Assembly: GCF_000315625.1 (NCBI RefSeq) | Contig: NW_005434491.1 | Span: forward strand, 28,013-92,012 | Reading direction: 5' to 3' | From: Guillardia theta CCMP2712 | Lineage: Eukaryota > Protista > Cryptophyta | Length of the DNA: 64,000 nucleotides | In this document: positions 49,155 through 60,435 of the stretch, in pieces | How positions within the stretch are numbered: position 1 is the first letter of the stretch | Layout of the letters: each line of letters starts with the position of its first letter | Translations under genes and position numbers: made by a program | Notes under the pieces: generated by a model | What the model was told of the DNA's origin: nothing | Databases searched by the model: none | Seen by the model: the letters and a program-made list of their open reading frames with translations, nothing else

Positions 49155-51815
49155 AGGCGCCGTTATTTTCGGCAGCATGGCTCCCTGCCAGGTGTAGGGG
49201 AAGCCGCCAGGGCGCCAAGGAAGCTGCAAGCGGCAAGCGAGAGGTTTGTATACTTCAAATAGCTTTCTAAGTATGGTTCTTCAGTATGATGAAAATGTTC
49301 GCAATCATGCCAATACACGCAGAGCGGACTTGTGGATGCCGCGGTCCTCGAAGCTGATCTCGTCGAGAGGGTGAAGAGCTTCGCGAAGCGTTATCCGAAC
49401 AGCAGGACAGCCCAGGCTTGCAAGGCTGTGGAGGGATGCACCCCCGACGCTATCGCAGAAGCCATCCGCTCGACATGTCAGCAGGCACGACGTGAGCTTC
49501 TACAAGAAGCAATGACTGGATGGAGTGACGCATCCAGAGAGTGGTTTATGCAGCAGATTGAAGAAGCCAAGAAGGAGAAGGTCGAGACATACACCGCCTC
49601 AGCAGGCAACGAGGTGACTTCCTTCATCTCCATGACTCTCCTGGGCATCTCCTCGGTGTATGTCAACCATGAAGAGAAGTTGAAGAAGAAATTCGAAGAG
49701 ATCGGACTGGTCGTAGACTCAGTGCAAGAGAGTAAAGCAATCATGTGGAAGGCTCCGTATAGACCCGAGATAGCGAGTGCTGAGGAGATCCCGGTGACTG
49801 TTTCCTTCCTCCGCAATGCACAAGCGGAGAAGCTCTGGCAGGGAAGAGAGGACTTCGCGATCGATGGTCGCAAGTTCACAGCTGTACATGTGAGCATCGT
49901 GCACGATAGATCTTTCAAGATTCGAGCCAAGAGAGGACCCTGGGGCAAAGGGGGCAGCTTGGCAGAGCTGACTCACCTGCTAACCTTGGGCGGCATGACA
50001 ACGGCTGAGATAGCTGCCGTCTATCGCTATCAGCTGCTGCGCCAGTCCCTTGCAGCGGTCCAACTCCAGCCGCTGGCAGGCATGCTGGTCGCTGGGGCGC
50101 CAGGACAGCAAGTCCACAAAGGCTTAGGTCAGAAAGGCTTCATCGCTGTAGGGGCCAACGTCATCTGGAGACAGAGGGAGGTGGAGTGGATCGTCTCCTC
50201 GAGCTGCCCAGAGGCGAATGATACAGCATTTCGAGCTTTCCGAGAGAGCGAAGCGATGGAGGGAGTACACCTGACTCTGTTCAGCGAGGACCCGAAGATC
50301 AGAGAGGCGCTCGCAGTCGAGTTGACAGCTGATCGCTTTGTGTCCAGAAATAAGTTGAAGAAGGCATCAAGGATGCAGAAGAAGGCAGGCGGCAAGGACG
50401 GCAAGGAGATCAAGATCATCATCAAGTCGACGGCGGCATCTGGTCGCTTCACGAGGAAGGAGATGGAGGGGCTGTGCAACGGCGGCAACACGTCTATCGC
50501 AAGAGTCAAGAGAGTCTTGTTGGAGATCGCTAACAGGCTCGAGATCAACGTTGAAGGCATCGACATGGAGGAGGATTTGAACACCAAGTCCTGGAACGGG
50601 TCCAAGCTATGCATCCTCCTCGGCTCCACGGAGGATGCTCGACGCATGATGAAGGAGCTGCCCTTCTATCTCGAAGGCGCAGCAACCAAGCTCGAAGCAG
50701 TCGGCTTCGACAAGGAGCCTGAGGCGGCTGGTCAGCGGGGCACCAGCGACGCAGCGCAGCGACAGGAGGAGAGCGAGGGAGAGTGGCTGGAGTTTACAGA
50801 CCTGGAGAGGATCACAATGGAGGCAGCATCTCCGTCAAGCCAAGAGGACATGCAGCTCGTCAGCGAGCTGTCAGCAGTCATCGAAGATGCAGCTTCTTTG
50901 AACGAGGCGGGGACGAGCGAGCCGATCAAGCTGGTCCTGGACAAGGCCGTTGGCAACCTCCACGACACCTTCTACTCTCCGGGGAGCCTGGAGTTCATGT
51001 CGCTGGGAGAGTGGGCGAAGACGCCAGAGGAGCAGGGAGTGGGACGCAACGTTCTCAAGGAGAAGCTGGGGAAGTGGCTGCAGAGCAAGCGCTGGACTCG
51101 CGTGCAAGGAGAGAGCAAGAAGGCAAGGAGGGGCAGCGCGTTCTCGCCACGGGCAACGGCAGCTGCTGAGCTTGAGCAGGAGGCGGAGAGCGACGACATA
51201 GAGCGTCGATCTCTTAGCTTCCTGTTCATAGCACTGAGTAAATTCGCAGAGATGCATGTGCTGGCCTGCTCGCTGAAGGTGGACAAGAAGGACCGACTGC
51301 GGGTGGAGATGAGGGAAGATGACGAAGAAGAGGAAGACAGTGGAGGAAGAGCAAGGCGAGGGCGAGGAAGAAGACGGGGCGAGCCCGTACCGAGCTTGAG
51401 CTGAGCCCAAGGTAAGGAGAGAAGGTAGGAGGCGACCGAAGGCCAAGGTGAGGAGAGGCAACTCTCCTGACTGAGCTGAGGAAGCTGAATGGAGGAGGAG
51501 TAGGTGGCGACCGAAGGCCAAGGTGAGGAGAGGCAACTCTCCTGACTGAGGCTGAGGAAGCTGAATGGAGGTAGAGTAGGTGGCGACCGAAGGCCAAGGT
51601 GAGGAGAGGCAACTCTCCTGACTGAGGCTGAGGAAGCCAAGAGAAGACAGCAGAAGTAGAAAGTAGAAAGACGCCTCAGAAGCAGGGTTCGCATTGTAGC
51701 CGTGTACTCCCAGTGCTCGAGCGCCTCTTTAGACTATGATCAAATTGCATAAGCCCACAACGAGGCCGAGCAACATTCTAGCATTCTAATAAACTCACAT
51801 AATAATAATATATAT
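49155..51815 (+). mobile_element. Family 1 ORF1-only element, copy D (16-bp deletion near the start, +1 near the end)
   Basis: Near-identical to C/E; followed by a degenerate telomeric tract 51816-51850. Confidence 0.93.
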
Positions 51816-51850
51816 AGGGTTTACGTTTAGGTTCGGGTTTAAGGGTTTAG

Positions 51851-54533
51851 TCGGCAGGCGCCGGTGTAGGGGAAGCCGCCAGGGCGCCAAGGAAGCTGCA
51901 AGCGAGAGGTTTGTATACTTCAAATAGCTTTCTAAGTATGTATACTTCAAATAGCTTTCTAAGTATGGTTCTTCAGTATGATGAAAATGTTCGCAACCTG
52001 CTGTATCGGAGATCATGCCAATACACGCAGAGCGGACTTGTGGATGCCTCTGTCCTCGAAGCTGATCTCGTCGAGAGGGTGAAGAGCTTCGCGAAGCGTT
52101 ATCCGAACAGCAGGACAGCCCAGGATTGCAAGGCTGTGGAGGGATGCACCCCCGACGCTATCGCAGAAGCCATCCGCTCGACATGTCAGCAGGCACGACG
52201 TGAGCTTCTGCAAGAAGCAATGACTGGATGGAGTGACGCATCCAGAGAGTGGTTTATGCAGCAGATTGAAGAAGCCAAGAAGGAGAAGGTCGAGACATAC
52301 ACCGCCTCAGCAGGCAACGAGGTGACTTCCTTCATCTCCATGACTCTCCTGGGCATCTCCTCGGTGTATGTCAACCATGAAGAAAAGCTGAAGAAGAAAT
52401 TTGAAGAGATCGGACTGATCGTAGACTCAGTGCAAGAGAGTAAAGCAATCATGTGGAAGGCTCCGTATAGACCCGAGATAGCGAGTGCTGAGGAGATCCC
52501 GGTGACTGTTTCCTTCCTCCGCAATGCACAAGCGGAGAAGCTCTGGCAGGGAAGAGAGGACTTCGCGATCGATGGTCGCAAGTTCACAGCTGTACATGTG
52601 AGCATCGTGCACGATAGATCTTTCAAGATTCGAGCCAAGAGAGGACCCTGGGGCAAAGGGGGCAGCTTGGCAGAGCTGACTCACCTGCTAACCTTGGGCG
52701 GCATGACAACGGCTGAGATAGCTGCCGTCTATCGCTATCAGCTGCTGCGCCAGTCCCTTGCAGCGGTCCAACTCCAGCCGCTGGCAGGCATGCTGGTCGC
52801 TGGGGCGCCAGGACAGCAAGTCCACAAAGGCTTAGGTCAGAAAGGCTTCATCGCTGTAGGGGCCAACGTCATCTGGAGACAGAGGGAGGTGGAGTGGATC
52901 GTCTCCTCGAGCTGCCCAGAGGCGAATGATACAGCATTTCGAGCTTTCCGAGAGAGCGAAGCGATGGAGGGAGTACACCTGACTCTGTTCAGCGAGGACC
53001 CGAAGATCAGAGAGGCGCTCGCAGTCGAGTTGACAGCTGATCGCTTTGTGTCCAGAAATAAGTTGAAGAAGGCATCAAGGATGCAGAAGAAGGCAGGCGG
53101 CAAGGACGGCAAGGAGATCAAGATCATCATCAAGTCGACGGCGGCATCTGGTCGCTTCACGAGGAAGGAGATGGAGGGGCTGTGCAACGGCGGCAACACG
53201 TCCATCGCAAGAGTCAAGAGAGTCTTGTTGGAGATCGCTAACAGGCTCGAGATCAAAGTTGAAGGCATCGACATGGAGGAGGATTTGAACACCAAGTCCT
53301 GGAACGGGTCCAAGCTATGCATCCTCCTCGGCTCCACGGAGGATGCTCGACGCATGATGAAGGAGCTGCCCTTCTATCTCGAAGGCGCAGCAACCAAGCT
53401 CGAAGCAGTCGGCTTCGACAAGGAGCCTGACTCTGAGGCGGCTGGTCAGCGGGGCACCAGCGACGCAGCGCAGCGACAGGAGGAGAGCGAGGGAGAGTGG
53501 CTGGAGTTTACAGACCTGGAGAGGATCACAATGGAGGCAGCATCTCCGTCAAGCCAAGAGGACATGCAGCTCGTCAGCGAGCTGTCAGCAGTCATCGAAG
53601 ATGCAGCTTCTTTGAACGAGGCAGGGACGAGCGAGCCGATCAAGCTGGTCCTGGACAAGGCCGTTGGCAACCTCCACGACACCTTCTACTCCCCGGGGAG
53701 CCTGGAGTTCATGTCGCTGGGAGAGTGGACGAAGATGCCAGAGGAGCAGGGAGTGGGGCGCAACGTTCTCAAGGAGAAGCTGGGGAAGTGGCTGCAGAGC
53801 AAGCGCTGGACTCGCGTGCAAGGAGAGAGCAAGAAGGCAAGGAGGGGCAGCGCGTTCTCGCCACGGGCAACGGCAGCTGCTGAGCTTGAGCAGGAGGCGG
53901 AGAGCGACGACATAGAGCGTCGATCTCTTAGCCTCCTGTTCATAGCACTGAGTAAATTCGCAGAGATGCATGTGCTGGCCTGCTCGCTGAAGGTGGACAA
54001 GAAGGACCGACTGCGAGTGGAGATGAGGGAAGATGACGAAGAAGAGGAAGACATGGAGGAAGAGCAAGGCGAGGGCGAGGAAGAAGACGGGGCGAGCCCG
54101 TACCGAGCTTGAGCTGAGCTCAAGGTAAGGAGAGAAGGTAGGAGGCGACCGAAGGCCAAGGTGAGGAGAGGCAACTCTCCTGACTGAAGCTGAGGAAGCT
54201 GAATGGAGGACGAGTAGGTGGCGACCGAAGGCCAAGGTGAGGAGAGGCAACTCTTCTGACTGAGGCTGAGGAAGCTGAATGGAGGTAGAGTAGGTGGTGA
54301 CCGAAGGCCAAGATGAGGAGAGGCAACTCTCCTGACTGAGGCTGAGGAAGCCAAGAGAAGACAGCAGAAGTAGAGAGTAGAAAGACGCCTCAGAAGCAGG
54401 GTTCGCATTGTAGGCCGTGTACTCCCAGTGCTCGAGCGCCTCTTTAGACTAGGATCCAATTGCACAAGCCCACAAGGAGGCCGAGCAACATTCTAGCATT
54501 CTAATAAACTCACATAATAATAATAATAATAAT
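51851..54533 (+). mobile_element. Family 1 ORF1-only element, copy E (intact ORF)
   Basis: Rearranged leader with a 27-bp duplication; AAT tail; followed by telomeric 54534-54549. Confidence 0.93.
51965..54112 (+). CDS. Retroelement ORF1/gag-like protein, 715 aa, with putative RRM-like folds and an acidic C-terminus
   Basis: Uninterrupted ORF from MVLQYDE; LLGI..EEKLKKKFEEIG.V.SV..VSF..AEK..IDGRKFTAV resembles an RRM; no RT or endonuclease motifs. Confidence 0.75.
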   Translation: MVLQYDENVRNLLYRRSCQYTQSGLVDASVLEADLVERVKSFAKRYPNSRTAQDCKAVEGCTPDAIAEAIRSTCQQARRELLQEAMTGWSDASREWFMQQIEEAKKEKVETYTASAGNEVTSFISMTLLGISSVYVNHEEKLKKKFEEIGLIVDSVQESKAIMWKAPYRPEIASAEEIPVTVSFLRNAQAEKLWQGREDFAIDGRKFTAVHVSIVHDRSFKIRAKRGPWGKGGSLAELTHLLTLGGMTTAEIAAVYRYQLLRQSLAAVQLQPLAGMLVAGAPGQQVHKGLGQKGFIAVGANVIWRQREVEWIVSSSCPEANDTAFRAFRESEAMEGVHLTLFSEDPKIREALAVELTADRFVSRNKLKKASRMQKKAGGKDGKEIKIIIKSTAASGRFTRKEMEGLCNGGNTSIARVKRVLLEIANRLEIKVEGIDMEEDLNTKSWNGSKLCILLGSTEDARRMMKELPFYLEGAATKLEAVGFDKEPDSEAAGQRGTSDAAQRQEESEGEWLEFTDLERITMEAASPSSQEDMQLVSELSAVIEDAASLNEAGTSEPIKLVLDKAVGNLHDTFYSPGSLEFMSLGEWTKMPEEQGVGRNVLKEKLGKWLQSKRWTRVQGESKKARRGSAFSPRATAAAELEQEAESDDIERRSLSLLFIALSKFAEMHVLACSLKVDKKDRLRVEMREDDEEEEDMEEEQGEGEEEDGASPYRA

Positions 54534-55286
54534 AGGGTTTAGGGTTTAGAGCGCCGGTTATTTCAGGCACCATGGCTGCACGCGTGGTGTAGGGGAAGCT
54601 GCCAGGGCGCCAAGGAAGCTGCAAGCGAGAGGTTTGTATACTTCAAATAGCTTTCTAAGTATGGTTCTTCAGTATGATGAAAATGTTCGCAACCTGCTGT
54701 ATCGGAGATCATGCCAATACACGCAGAGCGGACTTGTGGATGCCTCTGTCCTCGAAGCTGATCTCGTCGAGAGGGTGAAGAGCTTCGCGAAGCGTTATCC
54801 GAACAGCAGGACAGCCCAGGATTGCAAGGCTGTGGAGGGATGCACCCCCGACGCTATCGCAGAAGCCATCCGCTCGACATGTCAGCAGGCACGACGTGAG
54901 CTTCTGCAAGAAGCAATGACTGGATGGAGTGACGCATCCAGAGAGTGGTTTATGCAGCAGATTGAAGAAGCCAAGAAGGAGAAGGTCGAGACATACACCG
55001 CCTCAGCAGGCAACGAGGTGACTTCCTTCATCTCCATGACTCTCCTGGGCATCTCCTCGGTGTATGTCAACCATGAAGAAAAGCTGAAGAAGAAATTTGA
55101 AGAGATCGGACTGATCGTAGACTCAGTGCAAGAGAGTAAAGCAATCATGTGGAAGGCTCCGTATAGACCCGAGATAGCGAGTGCTGAGGAGATCCCGGTG
55201 ACTGTTTCCTTCCTCCGCAATGCACAAGCGGAGAAGCTCTGGCAGGGAAGAGAGGACTTCGCGATCGATGGTCGCAAGTTCACAGC

Positions 55287-58238
55287 CATTCCATGGCATT
55301 TTCTAATGCTCGCTTTTGATCATTTTCGAGCGGGGTACTTCAGCCCAGGATTTTTGAATGGTCGGCGCACTGAAAATTTGTACCAGAAACTTCGATAATG
55401 GTTGAAAGTATGTTTGAATCGGGGACCGTGTCGAGCAGTTTTAGGTTTACAAGTATTCTTGCTTCCTCCAAACAACAAGGTTTCAAACATTAAAACTATT
55501 TTTGACCTTACACGCTTTTACACGCCTGGGGGGTGCATATCCAACCAAATCGCCTGCCCTACCCTTCCCCCATTGCTCTGCATCCGCACCCGCCGGCGCA
55601 GGCGGCGTTTATTTGAATCCCAGATGGCTCTCAGCCAATGGCTCTTTCATCTTATTCAAGCTCCAGGCCATCCAAGGTTGGATCATGTGTGAATGTTTGT
55701 ACTTTTGCGGCATACTGCAAGACGACGTTTCAAACAGCTCGAGCTTGTTTTTCAAAGGAAGCTGTAGGAATCAGCATCGCCATGGATTCCAGAGCCTAGG
55801 GCTGTTTTCGAATCCTTTTGATGCTCATTGCAAGATGGAGAATTGCTCGTTTTTGGTGATCAAGCATCCACAACCCTCTTTCGTATGCTTGAGCTTCGAG
55901 CACATCTCTGACTGTAGAGTTGTTTGGTGTCAAGATTGTTTCTCGTAAAGGATCTCTCTGATTAGGCAATTGATTGTTGTTTTGGTTGGCATTCTACAAG
56001 ACCCATACTTCCTCCTCTCTGTGTCAACCAAGCACATAAGCATAAGGCATGTCAGTCGTGTAGGCAACTTGATTGCAAATAGATCGCAAGTGTAAGATCG
56101 ATGAACTATTCAACGCCATGAATGCCGGATGTGAATGAACTTCCCTCAGGACTTCTCAGTATCAGAACCAGCGAGCTAAGACATAAGGTAGAGTCTCCAT
56201 TGAATATCATTCCTGCGAATGTAATGTTTTTATCAGTTGTGGGGAAGAGAAGCATGGAGACAAGCGGGTGCCCAAGCGAATAGGAACATCTTGCGGATGT
56301 AGGTTTGGACAAAGACGGCGATGATTCCGAGGTTGTGAAACAGGCAGCGAAAAGATGCTGAGGTTTTCGGAGTTCATAAACATGGCTTGTGACGAGCATG
56401 TCACACGTAAAGCGATGGAAAACAACAAACAAAAATTGTAAAGCAATCGAAAGCAACGAAAATCAATTGAATACAACAAACAAAATTCTTCTCAAACGTC
56501 TTACTCCTTGACTTCAACCACTGATTGAACATCTTTTTGACCTCGGTCATATCTCGACAAATCCGATTGTACTCCGCCGCTGAACAGAAAGTTGTTAGCG
56601 CCATCTTTTCAACGAGTGGTGCCGGGTTTGCAATCGAGAAGTGAGAGATTTCACAGTATTTATTATTTTCGATGTCGTCTTCATGAAAAAATATATACCC
56701 ATGCACTCTGAAATTATCGTGGAGATCATCGTTGGCATGCTCCAACATGCAAGGAAAGCTGAAGAAACACATTTTTGGTATAGCATTCATTTCATCCGTA
56801 TCCTTGTAAATTGATTGATAACAATCACGGTTTCCAACCTTGTTCAAAATTCTTTTCAGGGCCACACAGGGCACTCGATTAGTTATAATGGTTTCGTCTA
56901 CATGTTCCAAGAGGACTCCATTGTACATGATGTACACTTCGACAACCTGTGCATCTGAGTGCAGCGATTTGATCATGCCCAGTCGATTCACTTCAACGCC
57001 CCTGTGATCTTCACACTGATATTGAACCCCTGTGCCAGGCTCAAGAATAATATTCAAATTACTGCTTGGCTTTTTCCAGTACATCCTGGGCAAGTCTCGA
57101 TCATCAACTGACGTATGCAGGATCATTCGAAGCTTCAAATCTTGAGGTGTCTTTGACTCATCACAAGTCTCTTCCTGCTCCAAGAATGTATCGAAATCTT
57201 CCTGCCTTCGCCTTCTCTGAATTCCATTTGTTGCTGATACACGACGGTGAAGATTCATTTGTTGGTGTCTATAACTGGAGCGCAAGGGAAAGGGAAGCAA
57301 CGGGGAGAGAGGGGAGCAGGGGGGAGGGAGGGAGCAGGAGGAAGGGAGGGGAGCAGGGGGGGGGAGGGATGGATAAGAGCATTGAAGGAGAGGGGAGGAT
57401 ACTTGCATGGAGATCTCAGGATTTTAATGAAAATTATTTGNNNNNNNNNNNNNNNNNNNNNNNNNNNNNNNNNNNNNNNNNNNNNNNNNNNNNNNNNNNN
57501 NNNNNNNNNNNNNNNNNNNNNNNNNNNNNNNNNNNNNNNNNNNNNNNNNNNNNNNNNNNNNNNNNNNNNNNNNNNNNNNNNNNNNNNNNNNNNNNNNNNN
57601 NNNNNNNNNNNNNNNNNNNNNNNNNNNNNNNNNNNNNNNNNNNNNNNNNNNNNNNNNNNNNNNNNNNNNNNNNNNNGGAAGGGAGGGGAGCAGGGGGGAG
57701 GGAGGGAGGGAGAAGAGCATTGAAGGAGGAGGGGAGGGATACTTGCAATGGAGATCTCAGGATTTTAATGAAAATTATTTGCCTTTTGATCGGGGGCAAG
57801 GGGACCTGTGTTTCGGTGGCACCCTATAGACATGGGGTAGGTATCTATATAAAACAACCGGTGTAGAAAAAAAAGATTGCCGTTGCTAGCTGGCATACGA
57901 CTCCTTGATTTGAAAACAAAAATACTTATTGGCTAGATTTACTACACTCGTCAATGGCTGACACTAATAAGATTTCATGAGCGTGTATCGAAATATACGA
58001 ATAACCCTACCCCCTCCATATCAGACAAACATACCGGTACACAGGGAAGAGAGCAGCCAAGAGGCGTGTAAGCCGGAACTCAAATGCTTAAAACAAATAT
58101 AAAAGAGTACTGAGTGGTACAAATCATTCTGGTACAAAATTGACTAAAAACTGTATGCTTATGATCAAATTAACAGGTACAAGTGTTTGTTAAAAGGATA
58201 TTAATTTATAATTGGGCATTAGTAAATGCCATGGAATG
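55287..58238. mobile_element. DNA-transposon-like insertion with 23-bp TIRs and no target-site duplication (contains an assembly gap)
   Basis: Left CATTCCATGGCATTTTCTAATGC, right GCATTAGTAAATGCCATGGAATG (1 mismatch); flanks cacagc|tgtac reconstitute the empty site. Confidence 0.88.
56401..57258 (-). CDS. Cargo ORF of the TIR element, weak BAH-domain-like segment
   Basis: Open frame from MNLHRR; LGMIKSL..VEVYIMY..ETIITNRV..LKRILNKV is reminiscent of BAH; no DDE transposase motif recognised. Confidence 0.4.
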   Translation of the reverse strand: MNLHRRVSATNGIQRRRRQEDFDTFLEQEETCDESKTPQDLKLRMILHTSVDDRDLPRMYWKKPSSNLNIILEPGTGVQYQCEDHRGVEVNRLGMIKSLHSDAQVVEVYIMYNGVLLEHVDETIITNRVPCVALKRILNKVGNRDCYQSIYKDTDEMNAIPKMCFFSFPCMLEHANDDLHDNFRVHGYIFFHEDDIENNKYCEISHFSIANPAPLVEKMALTTFCSAAEYNRICRDMTEVKKMFNQWLKSRSKTFEKNFVCCIQLIFVAFDCFTIFVCCFPSLYV

Positions 58239-60112
58239 TGTACATGTGAGCATCGTGCACGATAGATCTTTCAAGATTCGAGCCAAGAGAGGACCCTGGG
58301 GCAAAGGGGGCAGCTTGGCAGAGCTGACTCACCTGCTAACCTTGGGCGGCATGACAACGGCTGAGATAGCTGCCGTCTATCGCTATCAGCTGCTGCGCCA
58401 GTCCCTTGCAGCGGTCCAACTCCAGCCGCTGGCAGGCATGCTGGTCGCTGGGGCGCCAGGACAGCAAGTCCACAAAGGCTTAGGTCAGAAAGGCTTCATC
58501 GCTGTAGGGGCCAACGTCATCTGGAGACAGAGGGAGGTGGAGTGGATCGTCTCCTCGAGCTGCCCAGAGGCGAATGATACAGCATTTCGAGCTTTCCGAG
58601 AGAGCGAAGCGATGGAGGGAGTACACCTGACTCTGTTCAGCGAGGACCCGAAGATCAGAGAGGCGCTCGCAGTCGAGTTGACAGCTGATCGCTTTGTGTC
58701 CAGAAATAAGTTGAAGAAGGCATCAAGGATGCAGAAGAAGGCAGGCGGCAAGGACGGCAAGGAGATCAAGATCATCATCAAGTCGACGGCGGCATCTGGT
58801 CGCTTCACGAGGAAGGAGATGGAGGGGCTGTGCAACGGCGGCAACACGTCTATCGCAAGAGTCAAGAGAGTCTTCTTGGAGATCGCTAACAGGCTCGAGA
58901 TCAACGTTGAAGGCATCGACATGGAGGAGGATTTGAACACCAAGTCCTGGAACGGGTCCAAGCTATGCATCCTCCTCGGCTCCACGGAGGATGCTCGACG
59001 CATGATGAAGGAGCTGCCCTTCTATCTCGAAGGCGCAGCAACCAAGCTCGAAGCAGTCGGCTTCGACAAGGAGCCTGACTCTGAGGCGGCTGGTCAGCGG
59101 GGCACCAGCGACGCAGCGCAGCGACAGGAGGAGAGCGAGGGAGAGTGGCTGGAGTTTACAGACCTGGAGAGGATCACAATGGAGGCAGCATCTCCGTCAA
59201 GCCAAGAGGACATGCAGCTCGTCAGCGAGCTGTCAGCAGTCATCGAAGATGCAGCTTCTTTGAACGAGGCAGGGACGAGCGAGCCGATCAAGCTGGTCCT
59301 GGACAAGGCCGTTGGCAACCTCCACGACACGTTCTACTCTCCGGGGAGCCTGGAGTTCATGGCGCTGGGAGAGTGGGCGAAGATGCCAGAGGAGCAGGGA
59401 GTGGGACGCAACGCGCTCAAGGAGAAGCTGGGGAAGTGGCTGCAGAGCAAGCGCTGGACTCGCGTGCAAGGAGAGAGCAAGAAGGCAAGGAGGGGCAGCG
59501 CGTTCTCGCCACGGGCAACGGCAGCTGCTGAGCTTGAGCAGGAGGCGGAGAGCGACGACATAGAGCGTCGATCTCTTAGCCTCCTGTTCATAGCACTGAG
59601 TAAATTCGCAGAGATGCATGTGCTGGCCTGCTCGCTGAAGGTGGACAAGAAGGACCGACTGCGAGTGGAGATGAGGGAAGATGACGAAGAAGAGGAAGAC
59701 ATGGAGGAAGAGCAAGGCGAGGGCGAGGAAGAAGACGGGGCGAGCCCGTACCGAGCTTGAGCTGAGCTCAAGGTAAGGAGAGAAGGTAGGAGGCGACCGA
59801 AGGCCAAGGTGAGGAGAGGCAACTCTCCTGACTGAAGCTGAGGACGCTGAATGGAGGAGGAGTAGGTGGCGACCGAAGGCCAAGGTGAGGAGAGGCAACT
59901 CTCCTGACTGAGGCTGAGGAAGCTGAATGGAGGAGGAGTAGGTGGTGACCGAAGACCAAGGTGAGGAGAGGCAACTCTCCTGACTGAGGCTGAGGAAGCC
60001 AAGAGAAGACAGCAGAAGTAGAGAGTAGAAAGACGCCTCAGAAGCAGGGTTCGCATTGTAGGCCGTGTACTCCCAGTGCTCGAGCGCCTCTTTAGACTAG
60101 GATCAAATTGCA

Positions 60113-60215
60113 TTAGGGTTTAGGGTTTAGAGTTTAGGGTTTAGGGTATAGGGTCTAGGGTGTAGGGTTTAGGGTTTAGGGTTTAGGGTTTAGGGTTTAG
60201 GGTTTAGGGTTTAGG
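60113..60215 (+). repeat. Telomeric repeat (TTTAGGG)~15, with variant units in the proximal half
   Basis: Includes tttagag, tataggg, tctaggg, tgtaggg. Confidence 0.97.
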
Positions 60216-60435
60216 AGCCGGCCCTTAGTAAGAGCAGCCGGCCCTTAGTAAGAGCAGCCGGCCCTTAGTAAGAGCAGCCGGCCCTTAGTAAGAGCAGCCG
60301 GCCCTTAGTAAGAGCAGCCGGCCCTTAGTAAGAGCAGCCGGCCCTTAGTAAGAGCAGCCGGCCCTTAGTAAGAGCAGCCGGCCCTTAGTAAGAGCAGCCG
60401 GCCCTTAGTAAGAGCAGCCGGCCCTTAGTAAGAGC
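60216..60435 (+). repeat. 11 perfect copies of 20-bp agccggcccttagtaagagc at the 5' end of the family 2 element
   Basis: Direct count; no spacers. Confidence 0.95.

Larger units (their letters stand above)
54550..60112 (+). mobile_element. Family 1 ORF1-only element, copy F, interrupted by a TIR element and 3'-truncated
   Basis: ORF1 54661-55286 resumes exactly at 58239 and runs to 59760; UTR stops at gatcaaattgca, then telomeric repeats. Confidence 0.92.

Noticed and set aside
57300-57781. Direct repeat on both sides of the N gap
   Set aside because: Same sequence with homopolymer discrepancies across a gap; most likely an unmerged contig overlap
45412-60113. Recurrent antisense ORFs (221, 259, 172 aa) in each element copy
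   Set aside because: Shadows of ORF1 and the UTR repeats; they recur only because the copies are near-identical
60216-60435. CRISPR-like array
   Set aside because: Perfect contiguous 20-bp units with no spacers, eukaryotic context and no cas genes
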